Shown here: positions 11,316 through 24,655 of the stretch, piece after piece
How the letters are laid out: every line of letters starts with the position of its first letter
Position numbering within the stretch: the stretch's first letter is position 1
DNA from: Tubiluchus corallicola
Taxonomy: Eukaryota > Animalia > Priapulida
Assembly (NCBI GenBank): GCA_030141605.1
Contig: JAQGDQ010001218.1
Location: forward strand, 1-54,435
Reading direction: 5' to 3'
DNA: 54,435 bases
Program-made: the position numbers and the translations under genes
Notes under the pieces: model-generated
Databases searched by the model: none
What the model saw: the letters and a program-made list of their open reading frames with translations, nothing else
Told to the model about the DNA's origin: nothing

Positions 11316-11460
11316 ATCTGGCATAGGGAGGTGAGCAGAATCACGTCCCTGGACGTATGATTCATTGGATGATGATGATGATGATGATGATCTGGCATAG
11401 GGAGGTGAGCAGAATCATGCCCCTGGACGTTTGATTCATGGGATGATGACTAGAAGAGAG
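10815..11460 (+). mobile_element. 5'-truncated RTE-clade LINE with (GAT)n tail; 3' end repeated four times
   Basis: IRWPKKISNEDLY...KRRRLRWIGHMLR is a typical RTE C-terminal segment. Possible TSD ctagaacagag (10815) / ctagaagagag (11450). Confidence 0.8.
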
Positions 11461-11620
11461 CGTAATGTCGAGCCAATTTAAGCAAAAAAGTCCATTAGAT
11501 TAACAGAACGAATGAGGTCTATTATATATTTATAATATGCTATTTATAATATTTATTATATATAATCGTTTATATTTACATAGTTTTATAGTACGAAAGT
11601 TGCAGATGCTTTGCAACTAA

Positions 11621-12083
11621 TTAACCCTTTCATGCCCGTTGTATCCCGTGGGATACGAGAATATTTTCTGCCTTTAAAATTAATAAAATTTTAAAACTGA
11701 CAGTTATTTGATATGTTAATAGTTATTTTGATTTAAGCCAATAACAAGAGACTAAAATAGTGATAAAATGGCAAACTAGAAAATCTACATAGCATAAAAA
11801 CTGTGCAAGGTACAGTACTTTAGAGATGAATTTGTACAGATCAGCATAGCATGCATACTAAATGTTTTAAATACTTTAAAAAATTATCAGCAGTTGCAAA
11901 ATGAAGCACATTTTATGCTTCCATTGAATCCCAATGTATCCCGTGGGATACAGGCTATTTTTAGCACGCGGGCACAGGTAGAAAAAAATTATTATATGTA
12001 AACAAGATGGATATACTGAACAAAAGTACCAAGCCAAAAATTTTTTTCTTATTAAAAGAATAATTTGGGACTGAAAGGTTTAA
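11621..12083. mobile_element. piggyBac-like MITE (TTAA|CCCTTTCA...TGAAAGGG|TTAA); copies 16694-17057 and inverted 35707-36172
   Basis: TTAA flanks, CCC/GGG termini (one mismatch in this copy), and three highly similar dispersed copies. Confidence 0.85.
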
Positions 12084-12530
12084 AGTGAAAAAACCTATAT
12101 TTGCGTACAAGAATTTGATGGATTCAATAACCAGGACATTATTAATTTTTTGCTGTTATGCTATTTTATATCTATACAAATAGACACAGTTTGGCTGTAC
12201 TGCCAATATGCTTGCATATTGTACACATGAGAGAGGTGCTTACACGAATGATTAGTACTGAGTGTTTGTCATGCAGTTTTAAGCAAACAAAAGCCAGAGT
12301 AATAAAAGTCAGCAACATGGCAGCCAACACAAGTCAAACAAAGTAAAGCAACAATGTGGGGAACCCGAAATTTATGATCTATTTACTGTTACAATGTTCA
12401 GAATGCGCAAGACAAATATGCCTATATCCAGCAATGAACAGACTGTATAAAGTACTGTAAGATAGGTGTAAGATAGTACTGTAAGACAGCTATACGTGTG
12501 CCCAACAATGAACAGACTGTTTAGTACTGT

Positions 12531-14594
12531 AATTTACCTGCTCCTGTGGCTAATACAAAGTCTACAACTCTGACTCAGTCCTATTTTGTTTCTGATATTT
12601 CACTTATCTCTAATTCTAGAAAAAGATAAAATTACAGAATTTACCTGCTCCTGTGGCTAATACAAAGTCTACAACTCTGACTCAGTCCTATTTTGTTTCT
12701 CATATTTCACTTATCTCTAGTTCTAGAAAAAGATAAAATTACAGAATTTACCTGCTCCTGTGGCTAATACAAAGTCTACAACTCTGACTCAGTCCTATTT
12801 TGTTTCTCATATTTCACTTATCTCTAGTTCTAGAAAAAGATAAAATTACAAAATTTACCTGCTCCTGTGGCTAATACAAAGTCTACAACTCTGACTCAGT
12901 CCTATTTTGTTTCTGATATTTCACTTATCTCTAGTTCTAGAAAAAGATAAAATTACAAAATTTACCTGCTCCTGTGGCTAATACAAAGTCTACAACTCTG
13001 ACTCAGTCCTATTTTGTTTCTGATATTTCACTTATCTCTAGTTCTAGAAAAAGACAAAATTCCAGAATTTACCTGCTCCTGTGGCTAATACAAAGTCTAC
13101 AACTCTGACTCAGTCCTATTTTGTTTCTGATATTTCACTTATCTCTAATTCTAGAAAAAGACAAAATTCCAGAATTTACCTGCTACTGTGGCTAATACAA
13201 AGTCTACAACTCTGACTCAGTCCTATTTTGTTTCTCATATTTCACTTATCTCTAGTTCTAGAATAAGTTAAAATTACAAAATTTACCTGCTCCTGTGGCT
13301 AATACAAAGTCTACAACTCTGACTCAGTCCTATTTTGCTTCTCATATTTCACTTATCTCTAATTCTAGAAAAAGACAAAATTCCAGAATTTACCTGCTCC
13401 TGTGGCTAATACAAAGTCTACAACTCTGACTCAGTCCTATTTTGTTTCTGATATTTCACTTATCTCTAATTCTAGAAAAAGATAAAATTACAGAATTTAC
13501 CTGCTCCTGTGGCTAATACAAAGTCTACAACTCTGACTCAGTCCTATTTTGTTTCTCATATTTCACTTATCTCTAGTTCTAGAAAAAGATAAAATTACAG
13601 AATTTACCTGCTCCTGTGGCTAATACAAAGTCTACAACTCTGACTCAGTCCTATTTTGTTTCTCATATTTCACTTATCTCTAGTTCTAGAAAAAGATAAA
13701 ATTACAAAATTTACCTGCTCCTGTGGCTAATACAAAGTCTACAACTCTGACTCAGTCCTATTTTGTTTCTCATATTTCACTTATCTCTAGTTCTAGAAAA
13801 AGATAAAATTACAAAATTTACCTGCTCCTGTGGCTAATACAAAGTCTACAACTCTGACTCAGTCCTATTTTGTTTCTGATATTTCACTTATCTCTAGTTC
13901 TAGAAAAAGATAAAATTACAAAATTTACCTGCTCCTGTGGCTAATACAAAGTCTACAACTCTGACTCAGTCCTATTTTGTTTCTCATATTTCACTTATCT
14001 CTAGTTCTAGAAAAAGACAAAATTCCAGAATTTACCTGCTCCTGTGGCTAATACAAAGTCTACAACTCTGACTCAGTCCTATTTTGTTTCTCATATTTCA
14101 CTTATCTCTAGTTCTAGAAAAAGATAAAATTACAGAATTTACCTGCTCCTGTGGCTAATACAAAGTCTACAACTCTGACTCAGTCCTATTTTGTTTCTCA
14201 TATTTCACTTATCTCTAGTTCTAGAAAAAGATAAAATTCCAGAATTCACCTGCTCCTGTGGCTAATACAAAGTCTACAACTCTGACTCAGTCCTATTTTG
14301 TTTCTCATATTTCACTTATCTCTAGTTCTAGAAAAAGATAAAATTACAGAATTTACCTGCTCCTGTGGCTAATACAAACTCTACAACTCTGACTCAGTCC
14401 TATTTTGTTTCTCATATTTCACTTATCTCTAGTTCTAGAAAAAGATAAAATTACAGAATTTACCTGCTCCTGTGGCTAATACAAAGTCTACAACTCTGAC
14501 TCAGTCCTATTTTGTTTCTCATATTTCACTTATCTCTAGTTCTAGAAAAAGATAAAATTACAGAATTTACCTGCTCCTGTGGCTAATACAAAGT
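12531..14594. repeat. 107-bp tandem array (20 donor copies) spanning the exon 2/intron 2 junction of TRPA1
   Basis: atttacctgc at 12532, 12639 ... 14565 (19 x 107). Each unit carries the last ~25 nt of exon 2 and its GTAAAT donor. Confidence 0.97.
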
Positions 14595-14727
14595 CAATAA
14601 TCTGCAAGCGACTTTTCGATGCAGCATAATGTAAAACATTCTGTCCCCTCTTGTCTCGAATTTCCAGTGGTTTTGAATGTGACCGCCATATTGTCTCAAA
14701 TTCTGCAATGTTACCTTTGCTTGCGAC
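14571..14727 (-). CDS. TRPA1: TRPA1 coding exon 2 (VASKGNIAEF...QNVLHYAASKSRLQIIDFVLATGA)
   Basis: TTGCAG| acceptor, G|GTAAAT donor, 157 nt, phase 0->1, ankyrin motif; joins exon 3 as GA-D-INDED. Confidence 0.92.
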
Positions 14728-15048
14728 CTGCAAGATTGAAAATACCTGTGTTATGAGATTGTCAAATTAGTAGTAGACTAAAAGTAAAAAAAAAATAACG
14801 AAAGTTTTCCTTTTTGTAGACGGATATTTTAGTCCATTGTCTTCATAAATTAAATTTACTGATTCTGCATAGTAAATGAGTAATTTACTGATTAATGTAA
14901 TGATTTATTAAGAAATATAGCAAATCAGGTAACACAGCCTACATACGGATCATATTTTAGCAGGAAATAACCCAACAGTAACAATATAATACTTGGAGCA
15001 CGCGCCTGCACGAAAAATGCTCTCAGCTCAGCAAACCTTGCCTCACTG

Positions 15049-15293
15049 GTTGCTAGGGAGATTGGTTACTAGGCAGCGGGGTTGATAGGCAATGAGTTGC
15101 TAGGCAAAGAGGTTGCAACGTGACAGGGTTGCTAGGCAACGAGGTTACATTGTGCCATGATTGCTAGACAGAGGGGTTACTAAATGACTTAGTTGCTAGG
15201 AAACAGGAATGCTAGGTTGTGAGGTCGTTGATTGATGAGGTCGCAAGGAGACTTGATAACAGAGAGACTAAAGAGATTAGTTGCCGGGGAAAC
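15049..15293. promoter_or_regulatory. Cluster of RFX X-box-like motifs in TRPA1 intron 1
   Basis: GTTGCTAGGCAAC (15128), GTTGCTAGGAAAC (15192), GTTGCCGGGGAAAC (15280), plus several degenerate copies at ~17-bp spacing. Confidence 0.4.
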
Positions 15294-15881
15294 GGGTTAA
15301 GAAGGAAAACCTGTTAGTACTGATCAACTCTTTCACCTTTAATTGGCGTAATTCCACTAATTAATTGCAAACTAATCAGTTAAACTTACATTGGCTTTGT
15401 AATTACTTTAAAGGGAAATGAGGTTGCTAAAATTGATTCGACGTTGATGTGACAAACTGATGTACTAATCACTGAAAACAGGTAGTCATAACTGGCTGGT
15501 GATCAGTCATCTCAGACGTGGTAAATTCATTAGGTAATGCGTATTTTAAAATATATTTATACGACGTATTTCGAATTACTGTAAATACAATACATTCATT
15601 CAGTTAGCTGTGTAAATAAATGAACTCATATGTTTACAAATATAAAATGTGCCATTAACTAACATACACATACTATATTGAATTAGATTTTACATCACAG
15701 AATCACAATTTATTCGCAACATAAATATTGCGTAGAATGTCATGAATTTGCAGATTGTCTAAAAGGGAAAAATCTGTTTAAGTCATTTAAAGCATCTTTA
15801 AAAAATTAAAGATGGAGGCTTTGAGTTCACGTAATCTCTCTATCTTTTAATGTCCAAGTATTCACGTAATGATCAGTATAT

Positions 15882-16491
<610 letters not shown>

Positions 16492-17625
16492 AAATTGTGA
16501 TTATGCTTACATACACACACATATTAAATAGCAGATTGTAAGCCAAAGTTGACTGCACAGAATATTCTGCATTTCTAAACACAAACATTAACAGGCGTAT
16601 TACTGCTATTGATACACGACATAAATCATTTCATAAATCTGATTTCAAACTGGAAACTCGGACGAATACATTCAGCAGTAACAATTTACATTATTAACCC
16701 TTTCATACCCGTTGTATCCGGTGGGATACGAGAATATTTTCTGCCGTTAAAATTAGTAAAATTTTAAAACTGACAGTTATTTGATCTGTTAATAGTTAAT
16801 TTGATTTAAGCCAATAACAATAGATTAAAAATGGTGATAAAATGGCAAACTAGAAAATCTACATAGCATAAAAAACTGTGCAAAGTACAGTACTTTAGAG
16901 ACGACTTTGTAATGGCTTTAGAGATGGCCGTGGGATACAGGCTATACAGGCTATAAAAAATAATTATTATGTGTAAACAAGATGGATATACTGAACAAAA
17001 GTACCAAGACAAAAAATTTTTTCTTATTAAAAAATAATTTGGGACTGAAAGGGTTAAGCTATTGTGTAGTCATAGCTAGTTTTGTTTTTCAACGCTCCCA
17101 GTTTTTGCATAATTTTGAAGTGTAAATCAACTGACAAAGTATCAAAAAGTATTCATTGTGGTGAATTAATGTGTGCAGAAAACAATTTTGATACTTAAAA
17201 TCTTATCAGACTATCAATTATTGTGATATTAGTGATCAACAATTTTCTGATATATCAGACTAGCGTGTGTAGTTCGACAGGAGCAACACGGTTGCAGAGT
17301 TGTTTGGACAAGTTAATTAACTACAGCACAAAGGCCTTTAATAGGCCGAATAGCATACTATTGCAGACATACAGAAGGTCTATACCCACGACTTTAGCTG
17401 AATTACGCCCTCTGTCGAAGACACAGATGGACACAATTAACAAATCAACAGTAATCGATATTTTAATGAACAGAATTACTGTGATCAGAAGTGTTAATCG
17501 TGAATTTGTAAAAACCCTTGAGCTGTTTTTGGACAGCAATGATCATGTTATATGATCAAAAGTCCTTTTTGTAGTGAACTATGGAGCGAACCAAAATATC
17601 ATGTTCGACTATCTATTAATCAGTC

Positions 17626-17694
<69 letters not shown>

Positions 17695-19076
17695 CTGATA
17701 AGAACGAAATGCACGTGGCATAACATACGTTACATTGGAAAATGGAAGATCTAATATACTATGAAGCAACAATTATTTCACCCAAAGCTAAAAAAATCCA
17801 CAAAATTTCACATTTCCAAACCAAGACTGGACGATCGCACAATGTCTGCATTATTTTCATAAACACGTCTGGCAAAAGATTATAGAGATTAGAAAAAAAT
17901 CAACTTATAATGGCATGAAAGTAGAATTGTTCTCTTCTGAGATTTGCCGTGGTCATAGTTAAAATGACCATAGATCTGAAAATGAAAGTTAAACTGACAA
18001 ACTAAATGACATCTAGTGTGTTAGTCAGTTTAATTTTTATTTTGTTTTTTTAATTAGTAATTTTACTTTTTCTTTTAATTTAGGTTTTAATTCATTCTCT
18101 TCATGCTTTTTTTACCATTTTTTACTATCATTGTAAACTTCTATTTCATAGGTAGTTTCATCTGTAATTTTTTTATTATTGTATCTTTCTGTGCAGCTGA
18201 TGAACTCCGAGAAGACGAAGGTTTCTGAAGAAAAAGCAAAGAAGATTTATGGGTATTTTAACTTCTTGTACAGTGGCATTTTTCAACGTAGCTGTTGTAT
18301 TAACGCTCGTCAAAAGGGACTTTCATTTTCTCAAAAAAATATGACTGTAAACTGAAATTTATTGGCAAGAAATATTAAAGGTTGGCAAAGTTACACGCGA
18401 ACCTTTAACCGCAAGTCGTCAATTCCAGGAAAGTTAAAGGAAAAGTCAACCGTTTTGGGAAGTTGGGTTTTTATTTCAATGTTCGTGAAAAATGTTAGAA
18501 GAATTTTCTAATAAGTGTGATAAGCAAAATCACTTTAATGTCACGTTCATTTCATACTTGAGTGCTCCCATTTTGAATGCCCATTCTTCCACCAATGACG
18601 TCGTTTATCAGCTGAAGTAAAGCAGCAAATTTCCCTAAAAACTATAAAGTTTTTACAAATAATAGAGAGTTAATTTTTTGATATCTTGTGCAAGAACATT
18701 AGGCAAGCTGTAGAAATTTGAATTAATTTTAACGTCTCAGAAAGCCAGATAGTGTTTACAAAAAATCATGAATTCCACCAGTTACGTCATAATTTTCAAG
18801 TGAGTGACCGCCACCAAGGTACCTAGAAATTTGTATGCAGAGGTAAAATCACTCAAGTTAACTTCATGCTTTATAGACAGTTTTTTGCAAATTTCTTTGC
18901 TATATTTTTCTAAGTTTAAATAATAACAGTGAAAAGAACATGCAAAGAAACTTGTCTTTTCCTTTAAATTTGCATTCCGCCATAATATTCCCAGATGAAT
19001 AATCCCATCTCACTTTCTAGAGGGCAGCACTTTTGAAGTGATGGAAAAAATAAAAATGGTTCACAAGTGTACATAC

Positions 19077-19280
19077 TTTTAAAAATCTCATGTGATTATG
19101 CTTCATATATCTCGACATATCATTCCACAAAGAAGTATTGGAGTCATCGCTGTCGTCGTGGTCACTATAATTCACTTTCTGATAGCCAAGTTCGTGTGCA
19201 TCGTTACCAGTAATCAAGTCCTTCACCAGTTTTCCCTGAGTCGACAATCGCTTCTTTTTCTTCTGCTTTCCCGAAAACAT
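19077..19280 (-). CDS. TRPA1: TRPA1 coding exon 1 (putative start; MFSGKQKKKKR...HMRFLK)
   Basis: ATG at 19280, 68 codons, donor AAA|GTATGT in phase 0. Joins exon 2 to give RFLKVASKGN, matching the first-ankyrin RILRAAESGN motif recalled for Drosophila TrpA1. Confidence 0.75.
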
Positions 19281-19499
19281 TGTCGATTTTCAGTGATTCG
19301 ACTGTCTATCGATTTATGGCGATTTATCGTTAAATTTTATCTGTTAATATCAGTTAATGTCTGTTATATTCATAGGTCCAACGATATGCTTCACAATGCA
19401 AAGCAAGGCCTGGCGTGGCAAATGAATGAAGCTGACAGATCTGGTTTTTGCAGTTTATAGTTTAGAATGTAGAATTTTTGATCAAAATCGATATACGAT

Positions 19500-19925
19500 T
19501 GTAAGATATTGACGATATTGACAATATGTTCGATACTGACGATATTGACGACATTGACAATATGTTCGATACTGACGATATTGACGATATTGACAATATG
19601 TTCGATACTGACGATACTGACGATATTGATGATATTAACAATATGTTCGATACTGACGATATTGACGATATTGATGATATTGGCAATATGTTCGATACTG
19701 ACGATATTGACAATATGTTCGATACTGACGATATTGATGATATTAACAATATGTTCGATACTGACAATATTGATGATATTGACGATGTGTTCGATACTTA
19801 GGATATTGACGATATGTTCGACGCTGACGATATTGATAATATTGACGATGTGTTCGATACTGATGATATTGACAATATCCAATAGGTTCGACACTGACCA
19901 TGTGTTTGATACTGATGATATGATT
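19500..19925. repeat. Minisatellite built from 9-bp blocks (GACGATATT/GACAATATG/TTCGATACT) upstream of the TRPA1 ATG
   Basis: Visible modular repeat; source of low-complexity ORFs on both strands. Confidence 0.9.
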
Positions 19926-20689
19926 AACTTTGGTTTATCTCTCTGGTTTAGAAGTGTTACGACCGACTCAGTAACTTACTTCATCCGACAAATTTTTTGC
20001 TTATTTTCGTTTTTTTACTTTTATGGCAGTTAATTCCACAGGAAAAAACACACACAGCTTGCGAGGGTCCTCGGACTGAATCAAAAACAAATTTTCAAGA
20101 ACTTACACTGAAATATTGCAATAAAACTACTTCACAAATACTTCACAAACACTGTAGTACTGCCTTAGTTTGTGTAACACAGTAGTTGTAGTACTCCAAG
20201 AACTATGGCTACCCTCCTAAAAAAAGCGGGCACACGATGTTAAACTACAGCCTGGTCACCAAGAATTCATGCTGTTAAAGCATGACTGTTAAAGCATGAC
20301 AATTCAATATCCAAGCGGCTGATCTTCAGAAGTCTGGGTCACCCAATCCAATTTACCCTGATTAAGTTGACATACGAAGTTGACATAGTATGATTGTAAG
20401 ATATTGTCTACAACAGTTTAAATAGACATATTGACACATTGGAGGATAAGTGTACACAGCTTACAAACTCAGAGAACATGAAATTCCACTTTACTGGTCA
20501 GAAGTTAATCTGGAAGTGGTGCTGTTAGACTGAAACTTGCTTAGCTGGGTGAATTGCGGCCACAAGGGGGAGGAATTTTGAAATACTGACTTGCCTAGAA
20601 GTAATATGAATCTGTTATCAGACTGTATATGTCAAGCTGACTTATGTGAGACGACTAATGATCTGTTAGGTTGCACTTCGTGGTAAATT

Positions 20690-21430
20690 CATTTGTCTGT
20701 TCTGTTACGTTTCGCTGCCCTCTCTATTTGTCTGTTCCGTTACATTTACTTGCTAATTTCATTCGTCTGTTCCGTTCCATTTCCTTGCTAATTTTACGTC
20801 TCTGTTCCGTTACATTTCCTTGCTAATCTTACGTGTTTGTTCTGTTACATTTACTTGCTAATTTCATTTATCTGTTCCGTTACATTTACTTGCTAATTTT
20901 ATTCGTCTGTTCTGTTCCATTTACTTGCTAATTTCATTTATCTGTTCCGTTACATTTACTTGCTAGTTTTAGGTGTCTGTTCCGTTACATTTACTTGCTA
21001 ATTTCATTTATCTGTTCCGTTACATTTACTTGCTAATTTTATTCGTCTGTTCTGTTCCATTTACTTGCTAATTTCATTTATCTGTTCCGTTACATTTACT
21101 TGCTAATTTTATTCGTCTGTTCTGTTCCATTTACTTGCTAATTTCATTTATCTGTTCCGTTACATTTACTTGCTAGTTTTAGGTGTCTGTTCTGTTCCAT
21201 TTACTTGCTAATTTCATTTATCTGTTCCGTTACATTTACTTGCTAATTTTATTCGTCTGTTCTGTTCCATTTACTTTCTAATTTCATTTATCTGTTCCGC
21301 TACATTTCCTTGCTAATTTTACGTGTCTGTTCTGTTCCATTTACTTGCTAATTTCATTTATCTGTTCCGTTACATTTACTTGCTAATTTCATTTATCTGT
21401 TCCGTGACATTTCCTTGCTAATTTCATATT
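20690..21430. repeat. 35-bp pyrimidine-rich minisatellite (~21 units)
   Basis: tctgttccgttacatttacttgctaatttcattta repeated with period 35. Confidence 0.93.
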
Positions 21431-24231
21431 ACATTTTGTTACACACTTAATTTGTGTATTAAACTATGTGTAATTTCAGTGGAATTAAGTGTCTGTTCTA
21501 GTACGTTTTGTTGTGCAATTGGTTTGTTCTATTACGTTACGTTTCATTTCATGTTCGGGTTACATGTAGTTACATACTTCATTACACGCTCGTTTCAACA
21601 AGACAACACCTTGCGTTAACCATTCCATCTCTCACAGAATATGTAAACCATTCAGACCAGTCAGCCACCCATTTACGAACTACACCTGGCGCTGCTTAAG
21701 TTGCACAGCCAACAAAACACAGTGACCATGTGGCCCTACCCCTAGCTCCTGCGTTGTTTTTTTTGCATAACGTGCCTACGTATTCAGGAGTCATTTGCAC
21801 AGCTTCATTTCAAGCATCAATCTTTCAATTCATCCGTATTTCATCACAAGGTGATTGTTTAAGAAACGAGTAAATAATTTATGCACCACAGGAGCACTTG
21901 AGATGATGGATATAAAACAACTTGGGAAACCCAAGAAGCAAAAGGGAAGACCAGCAATAAGAGTGGCAGGCTCTTGATACCCAAACTTTCATTCATCCAC
22001 TGGCAGCTCGTGTATAGGCACTGTGGAACTGCAGCACCCCCTATTTTCACTCAATATAATCGATAATATTCAATATAATATTAGTCACGTGATACTTTGT
22101 TTAAATCTGCCCTCTTTGGCACAACATAGTATAACACTATATGAGTCAAATTCAGGTGTGCTCTCATTACAGCAATTTTAATAATGTTTTGATAGGCCAG
22201 TGGCCACTCGTGTATAGGCACTGTGGAACTGCAGCGCCACCTATTTTCACACAAAATTATCGATAATATTAAGTCTTTTTTCTTTAGTTCTTTCTTTATA
22301 TTTGTACGGAACCAGAGTACGTGGGGGGGGGGGTAGTACTGTTTGCTTCACTGCCCGCAACGTGCGCACCAGCAACGTGGTGCGGCCGTGCGCACATGCT
22401 GAGCCCAGGTAGAGAAAGAACTGTCCCTCACACAGTTTGTTGTCAGTTGTCATGTGCTTACCGTGAATCCATCAAGCTTTAAGCTGCGAAAATTTAGACT
22501 ATTAGTGAGCAAAACGTATTTTTGTTTAGGATTTTTGTTCAGTTCGTCATGTGATCTAGGGCTCAATGGTTTAGGAAATTTACGTGATTTTTGAACCCAG
22601 CAGGCGCCATATTGGGTTCATCTCAAAAGTAGCAAAACCCGCTCTGGCCGATTCTTTATTATGGGTACCTGAAGGTTTGTTCTTACAGAAACTGCACTAC
22701 AATTTGTCCTAGGTACCCCCTTATTAAGAGCTAACTTTACTCACATATATGGTACCTTAACAATCTACTCTTATTGCATTAAGCAGAGGTAAAAATTTGC
22801 CAAGTAATTGAACATACTTGATGTTATCCAAAAATTATTTAAAAATTCATTTGCACATTAAAATTAGGGGCTTTTAAAGGAAAAGTCAACGGTATAATTA
22901 GTTTTCGTTAGATAGCTAATTTTGTCATACTTTTGCCTGAACATTAAGTAAGCTGCAGAAGTTTAAATTAATTTAAACAGCTCACGTTTACGGAAAGTCA
23001 CGAGGCGTTTACGAAAACGCGCGAATTCCACCAGTTACGTCATAATTTTCAAGTAAATGGCGCCTGAAAACTTCTACGCCACTGTACTACCAATTAACTT
23101 TATGCTTTACAAATGAACTTCAAGTAGAATACATGAGTATTATAAATGAACTTAATAGTAGATTAAATCCAACATGCTAAATGACTTGTCCTTTCCTATA
23201 ATCTATACACAGAAAAACTCGTAGTACAACTGCAACGCCACCAGGTGTCCGTGACCTCTTTTTAGTTACTTATAAACACAAAATTGCTCAAATTCCCTAT
23301 AATATCACAGCGTAAAAGAACTAGACACAGTTCGTGTAGCCACAGTATCATATAAACTCAACAAACACGACGTTGTAACACAATTTACAAACACAGCCAT
23401 CATATTTATCCTTGTAAACTGCATGTAAACCGTGCAGTAACACGCATTAATGGTTACTAGGCATTAAGCAGTCATGCACGACTCAAGCTATCATCGCTTA
23501 AGTGAAAAAGTACACATTATATAGACCCAGGGGCGGCTCCAAATATCTATGGTCACCGTAAACCATAGATATCGTCTACTTGGATAACTAGCTGACTATG
23601 CGAGTTATTACCCGTATACTGGGTTTCGGAGAATGGACTTTTAATTTACACAAACACAATTCACGTTTATTGCAATTCTTACTAAATGTCATCAGTCAAC
23701 TCCCTGGAGATGAAATCACTAATAAGTATTAATAACTGTAATATCACTCGTCTGTTATTGCCGTATGACTAAGTTTTCTGCTCAGATAGGGACCACTCTT
23801 ATTAACAATGGCTGCTAACATGCTGGCTGGGTTATTATTATTAAAGTAACAACGGACTCTGTGCTACCTTCTTATAAAAATCTCCAACAACATAATTGTG
23901 CAGCTTGTATCGTTTAATCTGAAAACAAATAAGATAATTTTATATAATTTTGCTCAATTTTACGGCGAAATCTAAACCAAATTGATCTAATTAACTTTTA
24001 GGTTTTACGCAAATTATAAAATCTAATCTCTAGTCTTTTTAATAAACTAAGGTTTAAGATTTAAGAAATTAATAAATCAACTTACATGGTGATCTTCTAT
24101 AAGTGTAATTATGAAATTATAACAACGAATCAATGAATGACGCTAAACAATCTGTCACTGCAGTGTGTGAACGCCTGAGTTACTCCAATCTACAGGTAAG
24201 TGTACAGGTAAAAGACTGGTCACATGACCTG

Positions 24232-24655
24232 TTTAAAAGGAAACCAGTTTATAACAGAAAAGAGGGGGCAACACAAGTTTAAATCAGCACGGACTGAATC
24301 TTAAACTGTCGCTCAAAACAATCTACTTTTAAAATATTGAAAGGAAATAAACTTATTTTACAAAAATGACTTACGTGAAAAACCCACACAGACGCAGTTT
24401 CGCGTGGACTACTCGCTAGATAGACTGGCACTAGCGCCTGCATTTCGGAAACGCATTGCACAAAAAACAGGTGCTGCATTTCTCAGTTCATAGGTGTTCG
24501 TTTGTGATGTACTGCACACTTTCGCAGAGCGGTAAATTTGAAATTTAAATTTTTATCTTAAAACTTGCGTAGTTTATCTTACAGCAGCGCTGTACTTCAA
24601 TTTTCCGTTTTGCAAACACGTGCAACTCGCTCGTAGAATATTTTTACGTATATTT
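24232..24655. mobile_element. MITE family B, truncated copy; fuller copies 28888-29416 and 32296-32913 (TTAA-flanked)
   Basis: Shared internal blocks (aaaaacaggtgctg..., actgcaca..., ttatcttaaaacttgc) and ttaaagg...cctttaa-like ends. Confidence 0.75.

Noticed and set aside
3469-14594. CRISPR-like appearance of the regular arrays
   Set aside because: Units are wholly repeated with no unique spacers, there are no cas genes, and the context is a spliceosomal eukaryotic gene.
19391-20033. Ile/Asp/Ser-rich ORFs upstream of TRPA1
   Set aside because: Products of a 9-bp block repeat, probably inside a 5'UTR intron (candidate - strand donor at 19974-19979).
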